DNA of 64,000 nt from Candidatus Marinacidobacterales bacterium (GCA_965224085.1 CBDCYI010000005.1:960001-1024000); one strand, 5' to 3'; positions 28,506 through 39,236 are shown, numbered from the stretch's first letter. Translations and numbers: made by a program. Notes: a model not told the origin generated them from the letters alone.

Positions 28506-28562
28506 TCCGATAGCTCCGATGATCTCGTAGGGGCCGAGGCGCGTGCCAGCGGTGAGAGACAT
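28506..28562 (-). pseudogene. First 19 codons of a Ser/Thr protein kinase
   Basis: MSLTAGTRLGPYEIIGAIG then unrelated sequence. Confidence 0.7.
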
Positions 28563-28608
28563 CGCGAAAACTTAGCGGAATGACATAGAACTTACAACCC
28601 GCGTGGCT

Positions 28609-29816
28609 CTAGCGTGCCAACAAGTGCTCGACCGCTTCCAGGTTTCCGTCGTTGGGCGCGGGATCGAACTCCAGGATGTGCGTAAGAAGGCTATAGACGT
28701 GAATGTTGCTGAAGGGCTCGACCACGACGCCCTTCTTGAAAGCAGGGCCGTGTGCGACGAAAGTAGCCCGCATGTTGGGGAGCGTGTTGTCGTAACCGTG
28801 GGCGCCGCCTGCGACGGGACGCGCGCTTTCACGAGCGCGAATCGTCCATCCGTCGCCGGCGATGGCGAGAATCGGCGGAATGCGGCGATGGTTCCGATAG
28901 TGAAACCGTTCGGGAATCTCCTCCTTCTTGTAAACACTCATGTTGGGGTGGGCGATCGCGAGTGCTGCGTAAACGTCCTTTTCTTCGTCGGGCTGCGGCC
29001 AGAGGAGTGCACCCGAACCCGTGCCCACAACGTTCACGCTCGACAGGTCCATGTAATCGTCGAGGTAGATGACGCGCTCTTCGCTCACGGGCGTCATGCC
29101 GTGATCGGAGCGATGACGATGTGGACGCCATCGAGGAGACCTCTCGCCTCGAGCCCTTCGACCAGCCGGCCCACGTGCCGGTCGGCTTCCTCGGCAGCGG
29201 CGATGGTCTCAGGCCCGCCCGGCATGTGCGCGTGGCCGGCGTTATCGACGTGGCTCATGTAGAGCGTCACGAAGGAAGGCCGCTCCTCGCGAGGAAGATC
29301 GAACCATGCAAGCACGTTGTCCACCCGCGCCTCGTTGGTAACAGAGCCGTCGTAGGGATGCCAATAAGTCCGGCAGGACGCCGCCTATCTCGACGTCGGT
29401 ACCGCCCCAAACACGGCCGCACTGATGCCGCCCTGCCTCTCGACGGTTACCCACAGGGGCTCGCCCTCACCTTGCCAAAAGCGGCTCTCAGAAAACGTCG
29501 CTGGATTCTTGAATCCGAACTCCGCCTCGAGCTCGGGGTCGTAGAAGTTGTTGTCCACGATCCCGTGGTTCTCCGGATAGAGCCCTGTGACGATCGTGTA
29601 GTGATTGGGAAACGTGTTCGCAGGGTAAACGGGCTCCATCAATTCTGCCCGCACGCCGTTCGCGATGAGCCGATCGAGATGCGGCGGTTGCGCGAGATCG
29701 ACATAGTCGGAGCGAAAGCCGTCGATGGAAATGAGGATGACCGTGGGTCCGGCCGGCTCCCGAGCGCAGCCGGCCATCATAGAAATGGCTAGGAGCAAGC
29801 ACCCAAAGCGACGCAT
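28609..29816 (-). pseudogene. Nucleotide pyrophosphatase/phosphodiesterase (ENPP-like) lipoprotein, frameshifted
   Basis: ILISIDGFRSDY, TFPNHYTIVTGLYPENHGI, DNAGH, HGYDN distributed over three ORFs. Confidence 0.85.
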
Positions 29817-29878
29817 CGCGAAAGTCTAAGGCCTCGCTCTCAGCAGTCGCAAGTTGTGCTCACGTAGGGTACTGTGAT

Positions 29879-29926
29879 TACATTGATACATTAGTACATT
29901 AGTATATTAGTATATTAGTACATTAG
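29879..29926 (+). repeat. Tandem octamer (TAYATTAG) x6
   Basis: tacattga tacattag tacattag tatattag tatattag tacattag, ending 7 nt before ATG 29934. Confidence 0.9.
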
Positions 29927-29933
29927 AGATTCT

Positions 29934-30377
29934 ATGAAATCCGCGAAACACACTGCCGCTTTCGAAATGACGCAGCCGATCGAGAAGCTATTTCCTTTGT
30001 TCAGCCCAGAGGGAGAAAAAAGCTGGGTTCCCGGGTGGGACTACGTCAATGTAATGGGAACGACTGCGCTCGCCGAGAACTACGTCTTCTTGACGACCAG
30101 TCACGACCATGCCTCTACCGAGGCGATATGGGTCACGAAGGCTTACGAGCCGGAGTCCAAGCGCGTTCAGTTCTACAAAGTCGAGCCAGGCGACAAGGTC
30201 GGGGTTATCACCGTCCAGTGCTCGGAACAAGGGGCAGATCGCACGGAGGTCGAAGTCACCTACGAGTACATCGCGATCGCGGAAAAGGGCGAGCGCTTCG
30301 TCGAGAGCTTCGACGAAAAAGCCTATGCGGATTTCATCGGCGAATGGGAAACGCTTCTACAAAAGCATTTCGAATAG
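29934..30377 (+). CDS. SRPBCC/START-like hypothetical protein
   Basis: EKLFPLFSPEGEKSWVPGW...TEVEVTYEY...GEWETLLQKHF pattern. Confidence 0.7.
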   Translation: MKSAKHTAAFEMTQPIEKLFPLFSPEGEKSWVPGWDYVNVMGTTALAENYVFLTTSHDHASTEAIWVTKAYEPESKRVQFYKVEPGDKVGVITVQCSEQGADRTEVEVTYEYIAIAEKGERFVESFDEKAYADFIGEWETLLQKHFE

Positions 30378-30386
30378 CCGAAAACA

Positions 30387-30408
30387 GGGGAGGCCGATCG
30401 GCCCCCCA
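30387..30408. terminator. GC hairpin between convergent genes
   Basis: GGGGAGGCCGATCGGCCCCCC with a short A-run on its left flank. Confidence 0.5.
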
Positions 30409-30428
30409 ATCCTCGTCAAAACGAATGG

Positions 30429-31796
30429 CTACACTTTAGCGAGTGCTTTCGCCATGTTGTCGAGCGCGAGCTTGATGAGCTGACGCGACGTTCCGAGGTT
30501 CATGCGCATGTGGCCTTCGGCGCTCGTGCCGTAGGACGTCCCCGGGTTCAATTGCACGCCCGCATTGTCGACGAACCAGCGCTCGACGATCATCTCGGCC
30601 GACACCGGGCGCTCTCCCTCGTCTTGTTTCTTGGTCTCGGCGGCAGCTTGTCCTTTGGCGTCGATCTTGTCGATCACTTTGGCGACGTCGATCCACGCGA
30701 GATAGGTTCCCTGCGCCTTGGTGTAGTCGACGAGTGGCATCTTGTCACGGGTATAGGCCTCGACGAATTCGTGGTTGCCGTCGATATACACCAACAACTG
30801 ATCCAGCCAAGCATCGCCATCGGTCAGCGCCGCCTGGTTCGCAACGACGCCCAGGGTGTTGATGTCTGCCCGGTGATTGGCTTTCACCCTTCCAAGAAGG
30901 TCAGGATTGGTCGAGAAGAAGAAAGCGTTCTTCATCGCCGCGAGGCTGAACGTCTTGCTCGCGGCTTTGAACGTGAGGCTGTTATTGACGATGTCCTTGT
31001 CCGGAAGACTCGCGAAGGGTGTGTACTTCTGCCTCTTCATGACGAAATCGCAATGGATCTCGTCCACGAGAAGAATCACTCGATGCTGCAGGCACATACG
31101 GCCCACGCGCATGAGGTCCTCCGGCGACCAGCAGTTGCCCGTCGGGTTTTGCGGGTTGCAAAGAATCATCGAATGGGTCTCGTGGCTGATGCGCGATTCC
31201 AAATCGTCGAAATCGATGGAGTAGCGCCCGCTCGAAAGCTTCAGCGGGCTGTCTGCAGCCTTCGTGCGGCTCCAACGAAGGTCCCCGTAGAAGCCGTTAT
31301 ATCCCGGCGTCAACAGGAGAACCTTGCTGCCCGGAGGCGAGAACGTCCTGAGCCCTGCGATGAGCCCCGGATGCACACCGCTCGAAATCACGATGGTATC
31401 GGGATCGATGTCGAGGTCGTAACGCCGTTTGTTCCACTTGACGAGGGTCTCGATGTAGGACTTCGGGCTCGCTAGGTAGCCCCAGTTCTCGTGGTGGAGG
31501 CGCTCCTTCAGCGCTTCGGTGATGCACGGCGCCGCTTTGAAATCCATATCGGCGATGCCCATGCCGACCTGAATTTTCTCCTTGCCGAAGCGCTCGACCT
31601 GACGGTCCCATTTAATGCTGTCCGTTCCGACACGGCTATACGGAGTGTCGAAATCGAACACGTCGTCCGGCGGCGTGGGCGGGGTGCCGGGTGCGACGGC
31701 CGCTACTGAGTTCCCGGTCGAAACGGCGCCGGCGAGAGCCGTAAATCCTGCGCTCCTCAAGAACGCTCTTCGATTCCATCCGTTTTTTTGTGACAT
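30429..31796 (-). CDS. MalY/PatB-like PLP enzyme (cystathionine beta-lyase family) with Tat signal
   Basis: NRRAFLRSAG Tat motif; IADMDF, LCNPQNPTG, DEIHCDF, AASKTFSLA, QGTYLAWID. Confidence 0.88.
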   Translation of the reverse strand: MSQKNGWNRRAFLRSAGFTALAGAVSTGNSVAAVAPGTPPTPPDDVFDFDTPYSRVGTDSIKWDRQVERFGKEKIQVGMGIADMDFKAAPCITEALKERLHHENWGYLASPKSYIETLVKWNKRRYDLDIDPDTIVISSGVHPGLIAGLRTFSPPGSKVLLLTPGYNGFYGDLRWSRTKAADSPLKLSSGRYSIDFDDLESRISHETHSMILCNPQNPTGNCWSPEDLMRVGRMCLQHRVILLVDEIHCDFVMKRQKYTPFASLPDKDIVNNSLTFKAASKTFSLAAMKNAFFFSTNPDLLGRVKANHRADINTLGVVANQAALTDGDAWLDQLLVYIDGNHEFVEAYTRDKMPLVDYTKAQGTYLAWIDVAKVIDKIDAKGQAAAETKKQDEGERPVSAEMIVERWFVDNAGVQLNPGTSYGTSAEGHMRMNLGTSRQLIKLALDNMAKALAKV

Positions 31797-32014
31797 GGTT
31801 TTGCTCCGTCGTGCCGGTGAACGCTTCCCGAAAGACTCCGCTAGCGGCGTTGCTGGCGGAGGATTAGATAAGGTTTTTCGCGCGCGTTGAGCGAATCCAC
31901 GCAAGGAGGGAACTTTTCGCCAGTCTGCTCGTAACCGTCATTCGTAGGACGTGAACGGATCTGGAGGGGCCCGTTCAATTTCTTGAATTCACCCGATTGA
32001 GGGAGGCACTTTCA

Positions 32015-33286
32015 ATGAAGAGGAAGCCAGTGGTGTATTTCGCTCTGTCGACCATGATCGCACTCGTTGCGAGCACGGCCGCCGCCAGCGACGGCAAATT
32101 CGAATGGACGACGGAATCCGCGGAAGCGAAAAAGCTCATCCATGAACTGCAGGGCCGCGTCGAGAATTTTCAGCTCGGAGCGGGCTCGGCAGAGATCGCA
32201 CGCAAACTCGTCGCCGCGGATCCCAGTTTCGCCATGGGAGTCTACTACTTGTCGGCCGTCGTTCCTCCGCCGGAAGCGAATGAAGTTCTCGAAAAAGCGG
32301 CGAAGCTCGCCGAGAGCGCCTCGGAAGGCGAGCGGCGGTTCATCGACGCGATGGTTCTCGCGCGCGCCCCAGGCGGCTCGGGTTTCGCGGAAGCGCTTCC
32401 GAAGCTCGAAGCTCTGGGCACGGACTTCCCGAACGAGCGGCTCGTCCAGATGCTCTTGGGACAGCTTTATCAAGCTACGGGCGACGCCGAGAAAGCGCGC
32501 GGCGCGTTCGAGCGCTCGCTCGAGATCGGCCCTTCAAGCAACCGCGCACGTTCGTTCATTGCCAACGACGACCTGCTCAAGGGCAAATACTCGCAGGCGC
32601 GCGCGAGCTTCGAAGCCATTGAGAAGCAGCTCCCCAAAGACGCGGCGCCCGCTCCTATCGGCTACGGTCTCGCTTTCAGCTATCTATATGAAGGCAAAGA
32701 CGAGGCGGCCCTCGAAGCGCTCGACACCTTCTTGATGCAGTACCGGGCGAGCGGCCGGACGCAGACCTTTCCCGAGGTTTTCATCTGGAACTCCATCGCC
32801 CGTATCCACTTGGAGAATGGCCGCGCGGAAGAAGCCATGAAGGCTTATGCCAAAGGCTACGAGAGCGTGCCCGAAAGCGGTATTCCCGAAGATCAGAAGC
32901 AAGTGTGGTACGGAAGACTCAAGCACGGACGCGCCCGCACTTTCGCCAAGCTCGGGCGCTTCGACGAAGCCCGCGCGGAGGCGGAAGCCATCCACAAAAT
33001 GATCGAAGACGGCGGCGAGACCGCCCAGCAATATGTGCCCGCCTACCACTACCTCGTCGGCTACTTGGAGCTCGAGGCCGGGAATGACAAAAAGGCCGTG
33101 GAGCATTTGAGGCAATCCAACCCGAACGATCCGTTTCACAAGCTTTTGCTCGCGCGTGCTCTGGATCGGGTCGGTGAACGCGAAAGCGCGCTGAAGGCCT
33201 ATCAGGAGATCGTCGACTCGGGCGCCAATGGGATCGAACGAGCGCTTGCTTATCCGGAAGCGAAGAAGCAACTCAAGAAAGGCTGA
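32015..33286 (+). CDS. Exported TPR-repeat protein
   Basis: Signal peptide, WTTESAEA..DPSFAM, multiple TPR helices. Confidence 0.8.
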   Translation: MKRKPVVYFALSTMIALVASTAAASDGKFEWTTESAEAKKLIHELQGRVENFQLGAGSAEIARKLVAADPSFAMGVYYLSAVVPPPEANEVLEKAAKLAESASEGERRFIDAMVLARAPGGSGFAEALPKLEALGTDFPNERLVQMLLGQLYQATGDAEKARGAFERSLEIGPSSNRARSFIANDDLLKGKYSQARASFEAIEKQLPKDAAPAPIGYGLAFSYLYEGKDEAALEALDTFLMQYRASGRTQTFPEVFIWNSIARIHLENGRAEEAMKAYAKGYESVPESGIPEDQKQVWYGRLKHGRARTFAKLGRFDEARAEAEAIHKMIEDGGETAQQYVPAYHYLVGYLELEAGNDKKAVEHLRQSNPNDPFHKLLLARALDRVGERESALKAYQEIVDSGANGIERALAYPEAKKQLKKG

Positions 33287-33291
33287 AGCTT

Positions 33292-33362
33292 AAGGCCGGA
33301 CAGGGCTCAAGGCCGGACAGGGCTCAAGGCCGGACAGGCCTCCCTGGCGACGGGGAGGTCTG
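33292..33362 (+). repeat. 17-bp tandem repeat x2.8 running into a terminator-like hairpin
   Basis: AAGGCCGGACAGGGCTC repeats then CAGGCCTCCC...GGGAGGTCTG. Confidence 0.8.
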
Positions 33363-33370
33363 CTTCACCG

Positions 33371-34715
33371 CTATTCAGTCTTTAGCGATCGCCTGCGCAT
33401 GTTCTGGACTATCTTCACCGCGGCGATCTCGTAAAAGCCGAGGAGCAGAAAATAGGCCGTCCCCATGAACAAGATCTGATGGGGTGAAGCGTCGAAGGTC
33501 CAGTCCACGCTGACGCCCGTCGACCAGCCAAAAAGCGGCAGCGGTAAAAGTGCACCCGCAAAAGTGATGAAGACGTAGATGGCCGTGCCAACCGCCGCGC
33601 GCGCCAATACCTCCTGGCGAGCATGCTCCTTGGCATTGCTCACGAAGAGCGGGACGAACTTGGTCGCAGTGAGCGTCCAGAAGAAAACGAGCGGCCAGTA
33701 CGTCCCTTGCGAGACCGAGAAAAACTCCGGCGCGCTTGGGCGGCGACATCTTGATCATCGACATAGCCGCCATGAAGGCCGAGGCATGGATCACGATGAA
33801 CTCGATGATCCACAACATGCCGAGCTCAGAAAGGAGCTCCCGGCCGAAGGTGTAAGGCCAGATCCAGAGCGTGAGAAACAAACCGGCGAGCGCGAAGTCG
33901 GAGCTCGCCGCGACCATAGCGCGGATGCCGAAGGCGAGCGAACCGATGAGAAACGGCACCCCGATGAAGATCGCCTGGTTCCGGCGCGATTCTCGGAACC
34001 AGAAATACCACGGCGCGATGATTCCAGCTTCGACGCGCGCCCGATAAAGCACGTTCTCGGACGGGGCAAGAAGCTCCAGCTTCTTGTAACCCGCCATGAG
34101 ATACGGTTTTTCGGACTCGATAAAGAGCTCAGTCTCGCTGTAGCCGAACACCTTACCGTCGACCAAGACCGGAAGGTGCACCGTGACGAGATCGTCGGTC
34201 CAGGAGACGACCTCGAGCTCCATACGTTCGCGACGGTTCGAATAAAGAAGGATGGGCTTGCGATCGAAACGCAGACCCCACTCTCCCGAGAGCTCCAGAT
34301 TCTCGCCGAGCCGCACGGAGGAAGCGCTCAGCGTGTAGTCGAAGCTCGGATTGGGTTGGCGCACCGTAATGCTCTTGAACGGCGAGATGCCTCGCAACTG
34401 CGGGCCGCAGAAAACGCTCAAGTTGTAACCGCCGGGAAAAACGTGCTGGCCGACGCGCACGCGGATCCGGTCCGCGGTCCATTCGAGCACCTCGAGGCGG
34501 CCATATCCCCCGCCCATCGCGCCGCCGCTTGCGAGATCGGGCGCGCGGTCGAGCTGCTCCGGGCCCCAGTTCCCGAAAAGCTCGAACGTCTTTCCGGGGT
34601 TCGTTTCCTCGGTGCTCACCTCGTAATCGAAGCCGACGGGGCAGGGCTCCGGCTGCGCGGGGCTCGGGGGCGCCACGAACAGCAGGAACGCGAACACGAA
34701 GCCAAGGCAACGCAT
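33371..34715 (-). pseudogene. Membrane protein with duplicated IPT/Ig-like extracellular domain, frame broken near 33700
   Basis: Signal peptide, two LEV..WT.D.I.V repeats, TM region continues in another frame (33371-33643). Confidence 0.55.
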
Positions 34716-34902
34716 AGGGATCGGCAATTGGTTGTACTGGAATGGTCTATCAACTACTGTACAACAATTTTCAAGACGAACCCCGTTGCGAAAGGGTGGG
34801 CATTCGACGCATGAAAAGCGGCGCGCTCTAAGTTCATGAGTGCGCTCGACCGAGCATCGCAAAACTCATGCGCCTCGTCCCGAAACGGGTCGTACGCCGC
34901 TC

Positions 34903-35475
34903 TCAGTCTACGAGACGCACCATCTTGATTACGACGGGAACGGAAGGCACGTGCGGCATACCGTTTCGCTTCGTGGTCTTGACGTTCTCGATGAGCTCGA
35001 CAACATCCATGCCTTCGATGACTTTACCGAAAACCGCATAGCCGAACGAGCGCGAGCTCATGCCTTTGTGATCGAACTCCCGATTGTCCCGTGTATTGAC
35101 GAAGAACTGCGCTGTCGCCGTGTTGATGCCGCGCGTCCGGGCCATCGCGACCGTCCCCTTTTCATTCTTGACACGATTCCTGGCCTCGTTCTTGATGGGC
35201 TCCCTTGCTTTCTTCTGCTGAAGTCCAGGCGAAAAGGCGCCGCCTTGGATCATCGTACCCTTCTTGACGCGATGGAAGATCGTTCCTTCATAGAAGCCGT
35301 CATCGACATATTCGAGGAAGTTCGCGACAGCAATGGGCGAGGAAGAAGGAAAAAGCTCGACCCGGAAGTTGCCAAAGTTCGTCTCGACGACGACGACAGG
35401 GTTATCGTCGGCGGCGACGATCGCGGCAGCGAGCGTCAGAGCGACAAGCCAGAAAGATGTCTTCCGAAGCGACAC
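34903..35475 (-). CDS. Cyclophilin-type peptidyl-prolyl isomerase, exported
   Basis: NFLEYVDDGFYEGTIFHRV, GTVAMART, ATAQFFVN, GYAVFGKVIEGMDVV. Confidence 0.93.
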   Translation of the reverse strand: MSLRKTSFWLVALTLAAAIVAADDNPVVVVETNFGNFRVELFPSSSPIAVANFLEYVDDGFYEGTIFHRVKKGTMIQGGAFSPGLQQKKAREPIKNEARNRVKNEKGTVAMARTRGINTATAQFFVNTRDNREFDHKGMSSRSFGYAVFGKVIEGMDVVELIENVKTTKRNGMPHVPSVPVVIKMVRLVD

Positions 35476-35532
35476 TTGAACCTCCCGTGGAATCTAGCAG
35501 GCTCCTAGTCTGGTCCGAAACCGGGCTCGGCT

Positions 35533-35895
35533 TCAACTCTCGTCGCTCGCGCCGCTCCGTTCGCCAGCAGGCGGTGTATCTTCGCTCGTCGCGGCGTCTA
35601 TCATCTCGGACAGCTGAGCTATTCGCTCGCTGAGAAGAGATCTCGCGTTTTCGGCAGCGCCGTCCCCGCCGAGGGTGAGCTCCAAATCCACACCCTCCAT
35701 CACCCGACGGTCTTCTTCGAGCTCGACCCGACGTGAGCGATCGTCTCGTCGGCTCGTTTGGTTGGAATCCCACGAATCCCTGAGTGCAGCGCAGACTTCG
35801 GCAATGGCGTCGAGAAGCACAGTCTCCGACAAAGTCAGATCCTTGCGCTCCTCGAGCGTCCAGCCTTCCAGTTCGCTGAGACGTTCCTCGTCCAT
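35533..35895 (-). CDS. Hypothetical acidic protein
   Basis: ATG after GAGGT RBS; ORF MDEERLSELEGW... Confidence 0.55.
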   Translation of the reverse strand: MDEERLSELEGWTLEERKDLTLSETVLLDAIAEVCAALRDSWDSNQTSRRDDRSRRVELEEDRRVMEGVDLELTLGGDGAAENARSLLSERIAQLSEMIDAATSEDTPPAGERSGASDES

Positions 35896-36012
35896 TTGAC
35901 CTCGAAACGTTGGGGGGAAGGAGTAGAGTGTATCTCGAATTGGACGAAATAGAGCAGAGAAAAAAAATATTCCGTCACGCGAAGCCAAAATTGCATTATG
36001 GAAAAGTGGCTG

Positions 36013-36624
36013 TTACCGGCTCGTCGCTCCTCGCAGGCGATTTAGAGCAGTGCCGGCTGCGTCGGGGATGTCCTCGCCCCACGGGTTGTCCGCTGCCTCC
36101 CGGAGGATCGGGAGGAACGCTGCCGCCGAGGCCTTCTCGTCACCCATGGCGCGAAGCGCGGCGACGTTCAGCCAGACTTCGAGATGGGGAAAGATTCTCT
36201 TCTCGGTCGCATCGAAGGCTTTTCGCTGGATCTCCTCGCGGGTCGCGTCGGCGCTGAAACGGCCAAAGAGCACATCGTCGAGCCGGACCTCCGCCTCGCG
36301 CTCGTAGATCACGCGGCGATTGCGTAAGTTCTTCACCGACAAACGTACGTTCACCCCACCAGGATCGTAGTCCCCGCTCGACTTGCCGGTGACCTCACGT
36401 TCCATCTCGAGGTTGAAATCGATGAGAGGCCCGGCCGTGGTCTTTGCCATCTCGTCGAAGTAGGCCTGCCAAAACTCGGAGGCGTTGACGCATCGAGCGA
36501 CGGTCGGCTGATATTCAGGCGGCGATGTGATGGTGCAACGTGGGTCGACTTCGGAGCTGATGCAACCGAAGCCCACAACGAAGAGAGTCGCGGCCAGAAA
36601 CGGCCGACGAGGAAGGAAGGACAT
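36013..36624 (-). CDS. Hypothetical lipoprotein
   Basis: Lipobox GFGC; 203 aa. Confidence 0.65.
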   Translation of the reverse strand: MSFLPRRPFLAATLFVVGFGCISSEVDPRCTITSPPEYQPTVARCVNASEFWQAYFDEMAKTTAGPLIDFNLEMEREVTGKSSGDYDPGGVNVRLSVKNLRNRRVIYEREAEVRLDDVLFGRFSADATREEIQRKAFDATEKRIFPHLEVWLNVAALRAMGDEKASAAAFLPILREAADNPWGEDIPDAAGTALNRLRGATSR

Positions 36625-36703
36625 AGGCTACCTCGCGAAGTTCTGTTGTAGTGTTATGTTTCGAGCGTAGCATCCGCAGGATGGCGATTCAATCGCTCTT
36701 CAA

Positions 36704-36747
36704 TTGACCGGCGCTTCGAATCTAGCTATAACTTCTACATAAGTAGA
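36704..36747 (+). promoter_or_regulatory. Sigma70 promoter and probable PadR operator
   Basis: TTGACC-17-TATAAC followed by palindrome TCTAC-ataa-GTAGA. Confidence 0.7.
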
Positions 36748-36756
36748 GGAGCTACC

Positions 36757-37065
36757 GTGAGGCGATTGGGCCAAGCGCAGATAAGAGTCCTGGAAGCCGT
36801 AGTCGGCGGAACGGGCTACGGTTTCGACATCATGGACACGACCGGACTTCCGAGCGGAAGCGTTTACCCGGCGCTTTCAAAGCTCAAAAAAAGCGGACTT
36901 TTGCGCTCGCGCTGGGAGAACGCTTCGGTGGCCCGTCGGGAAAAACGCCCGCCGCGACGCTATTACGAGATCACACCCTCCGGGCGGACCGCTCTGTCCG
37001 GCGCTCTCGCTCAGGCGCGCGACCTCGCGCGCTCGCTCGCGAAAGCCGTGAAGGCGTCAGGCTAG
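36757..37065 (+). CDS. PadR-family transcriptional regulator
   Basis: YGFDIMDTTGLPSGSVYPAL, PPRRYYEITPSG. Confidence 0.9.
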   Translation: MRRLGQAQIRVLEAVVGGTGYGFDIMDTTGLPSGSVYPALSKLKKSGLLRSRWENASVARREKRPPRRYYEITPSGRTALSGALAQARDLARSLAKAVKASG

Positions 37066-37067
37066 GG

Positions 37068-37693
37068 ATGGCCGGCACTCTCGCGAAACTTAGCCGCCGA
37101 ATCGTGGCGCTCGCCGCGTTTCTGGTGCCGGCGGCGGATCGCGCGCGCTTCGAACAGGAGTGGGAAGCGGAGCTCGCCTACCGCGTCCGGCGCGAGCGGA
37201 CGTTCCTGGCGGCATTGACGCTACTGCGCCGAAGTCTCGGCGCTCTCCCGCATGCGCTTTTCGTTTTAAAGGAGTAGAGATGGTCTCGCAAGATCTGCGC
37301 TACGCCATGCGTACGCTCCTCAACCGGCCTCTATTCGTTGCCGCGGCAGCACTCGCGACGATCGGGATCTACAGCGTCGTCGCCTACAGCGTAAGCCAGC
37401 GCCAGCGAGAGCTCGGCCTTCGCCTCGCGCTCGGCGCTCGCTCGGCCGACATCACCCGCCTCGTCCTCGGAAGCGGATTCCGTATCGCCGCCGCCGGTGC
37501 CCTCGTCGGCCTCGCCGGCGCGGTAATGGCAAGCCGCTACCTGGAAACCGTCCTCTTCGGCATCTCCCCAACTGGCCCCGCGACATTGATAGCCGCAGCC
37601 GCGGTCCTAATGGGAACCATCTTGCTAACATGCTACGTGCCCGCCCGCAAAGCCGGCCGCCTAGACCCAACCCTCACGCTGCGCTGTGAATAG
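37068..37693 (+). pseudogene. ADOP/MacB-like ABC permease collapsed by stop and large internal deletion
   Basis: LVPAADRARFEQEWEAEL prefix, QDLRYAMRTLLNRPLF joined directly to last FtsX domain GIYSVVAYSVSQRQRELGLRLALGA...PARKAGRLDP. Confidence 0.8.
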
Positions 37694-37736
37694 GCGGGGT
37701 CGAATCAAGAGAAAGGGATACGCTTCTAACCACCGG

Positions 37737-39236
37737 TTACGGTTCTGGCACTTTCTCGCTGGCGTTCATTCGCGAGAGAACCTCGGTGGCCGCTTCGCGG
37801 AGTGCGAGCTCGGTCGTGGTGTTCCGGACGCGGTGGAGCGCCTGGCGGGCGCGGTCGTACTCACCGCGCCGGGCCAGAATTTGGCCATATAGATAGAGCA
37901 AAGACGGACTGCCCGGGGTGATGTCGAGTGCGCTCTCGACGAGGTCGGTCGCTTGCTGGAGCCTTTTGCCGCGGACGAGATAGACGAAAGCAAGAAGGCG
38001 GGCGGTCTCGCTTCGCGTCGGCTCGAGTTGCCAGCTGCGGGTGAGCGCACGTTGCGCTTCGTCGGCGAGCGCGCCCGGGATGGACACAACCCCACGACCC
38101 GAGTGGTCCCACAAGAGGGCTCGTGCGTATTGGTATAGACCCGCCGCGCTCGCGCCTTCCGCGTCGACGGCGCGTTTCAGAAACGGGATCGCAGAGTCGG
38201 GGCGCCCTTCTATCAACTGCGCCACACCGAGTGTTTCCCAACCGCGAGCGAGGCCCGGGTCCAGGTGGATCGCTTCTTCGAGACATATGAGCGCTTCTTT
38301 GGACCGCCCGGTGAACAGAAAGAGCTCGCCCCAACGATGCTGAACCTCCGCCATTTTGAGCGTCCGGACCGAGATGTTTTTCTTCCAATCGGCCTCGGGC
38401 ATGGTGTAGCGAGACGTCGTGAACTTGCCGACCTCGACATAAGTCCGCAGCACGTCCTCGATCGTCTCCGAATCCGCGCCGAAGGCCGCGTGAAAAGCCT
38501 CGAGCACTTCGTCACCTCGGGAGAGTGCCCTGAGATAGTGCGCCAGAACACGATGTCCTTCTTTTCCCCGATCGCTGATCAAGTAATGGACGAGCGCCCA
38601 CGACTGCGCATAGAAGAGCGCATTCTCACTCGGGCTCGACGATAGTGGCCGATCCGCGACAGCGGTGAGGAGCTCCTCTAGAGGCAACATTGCGTTGTCG
38701 AAGAGGACCCGTCGATGTCGCAAAACCCCGCCGCCGAGGACGATGCTGTCGCCCGAAAGACGCATGCCCGCATAGAACTCCGCCATACCCTCCTGGAACC
38801 ATAGCGGATAGGTGCGCGTCGTGAGACTGAGTATGAAGTGCACGTATTCGCGAAAGACGACCCGTTCATAGACATCCGGGCCCGCGCTCAGATCGATCGC
38901 GATGATGTTCTTGTATGGGGAGCCGCGAAAATAGCCGGCCGCTTCAGTGACACCGTCCGCGGTGCGGGGCAAGAACGAAGAAAAACTCTCGAAGTCACGA
39001 AACGCATAAATCTGCGTGGCCACATCGCCAACAAGCCTTTGATTCGGCAAGACGTGCCCCAGCGCGCGACGGAACTGCTCCATGCGAGCAAGGACCTCGC
39101 GCGCGCTCTTCGCGTTCGCATTGGAGATGAGATCGAAGTGCGGTGAGTGAGCTTCGCGCCATGTCTCGCGCGCTTGGGCAGACAATGCGCACACAACGAC
39201 GAAAAGTGCGGCAAGAGGCCGCGCGAGATGTCGCAT
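37737..39236 (-). CDS. Exported DUF1570-like/TPR protein
   Basis: WREAHSPHF, REYVH (HEXXH variant), PLWFQEGMAEF, FYAQSWALVHYL, C-terminal TPRs. Confidence 0.75.
   Translation of the reverse strand: MRHLARPLAALFVVVCALSAQARETWREAHSPHFDLISNANAKSAREVLARMEQFRRALGHVLPNQRLVGDVATQIYAFRDFESFSSFLPRTADGVTEAAGYFRGSPYKNIIAIDLSAGPDVYERVVFREYVHFILSLTTRTYPLWFQEGMAEFYAGMRLSGDSIVLGGGVLRHRRVLFDNAMLPLEELLTAVADRPLSSSPSENALFYAQSWALVHYLISDRGKEGHRVLAHYLRALSRGDEVLEAFHAAFGADSETIEDVLRTYVEVGKFTTSRYTMPEADWKKNISVRTLKMAEVQHRWGELFLFTGRSKEALICLEEAIHLDPGLARGWETLGVAQLIEGRPDSAIPFLKRAVDAEGASAAGLYQYARALLWDHSGRGVVSIPGALADEAQRALTRSWQLEPTRSETARLLAFVYLVRGKRLQQATDLVESALDITPGSPSLLYLYGQILARRGEYDRARQALHRVRNTTTELALREAATEVLSRMNASEKVPEP

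Noticed and set aside
34775-34830. c-di-GMP-I riboswitch-like GAAA/GACGC words
   Set aside because: Lacks GGCAAAC and properly paired stems
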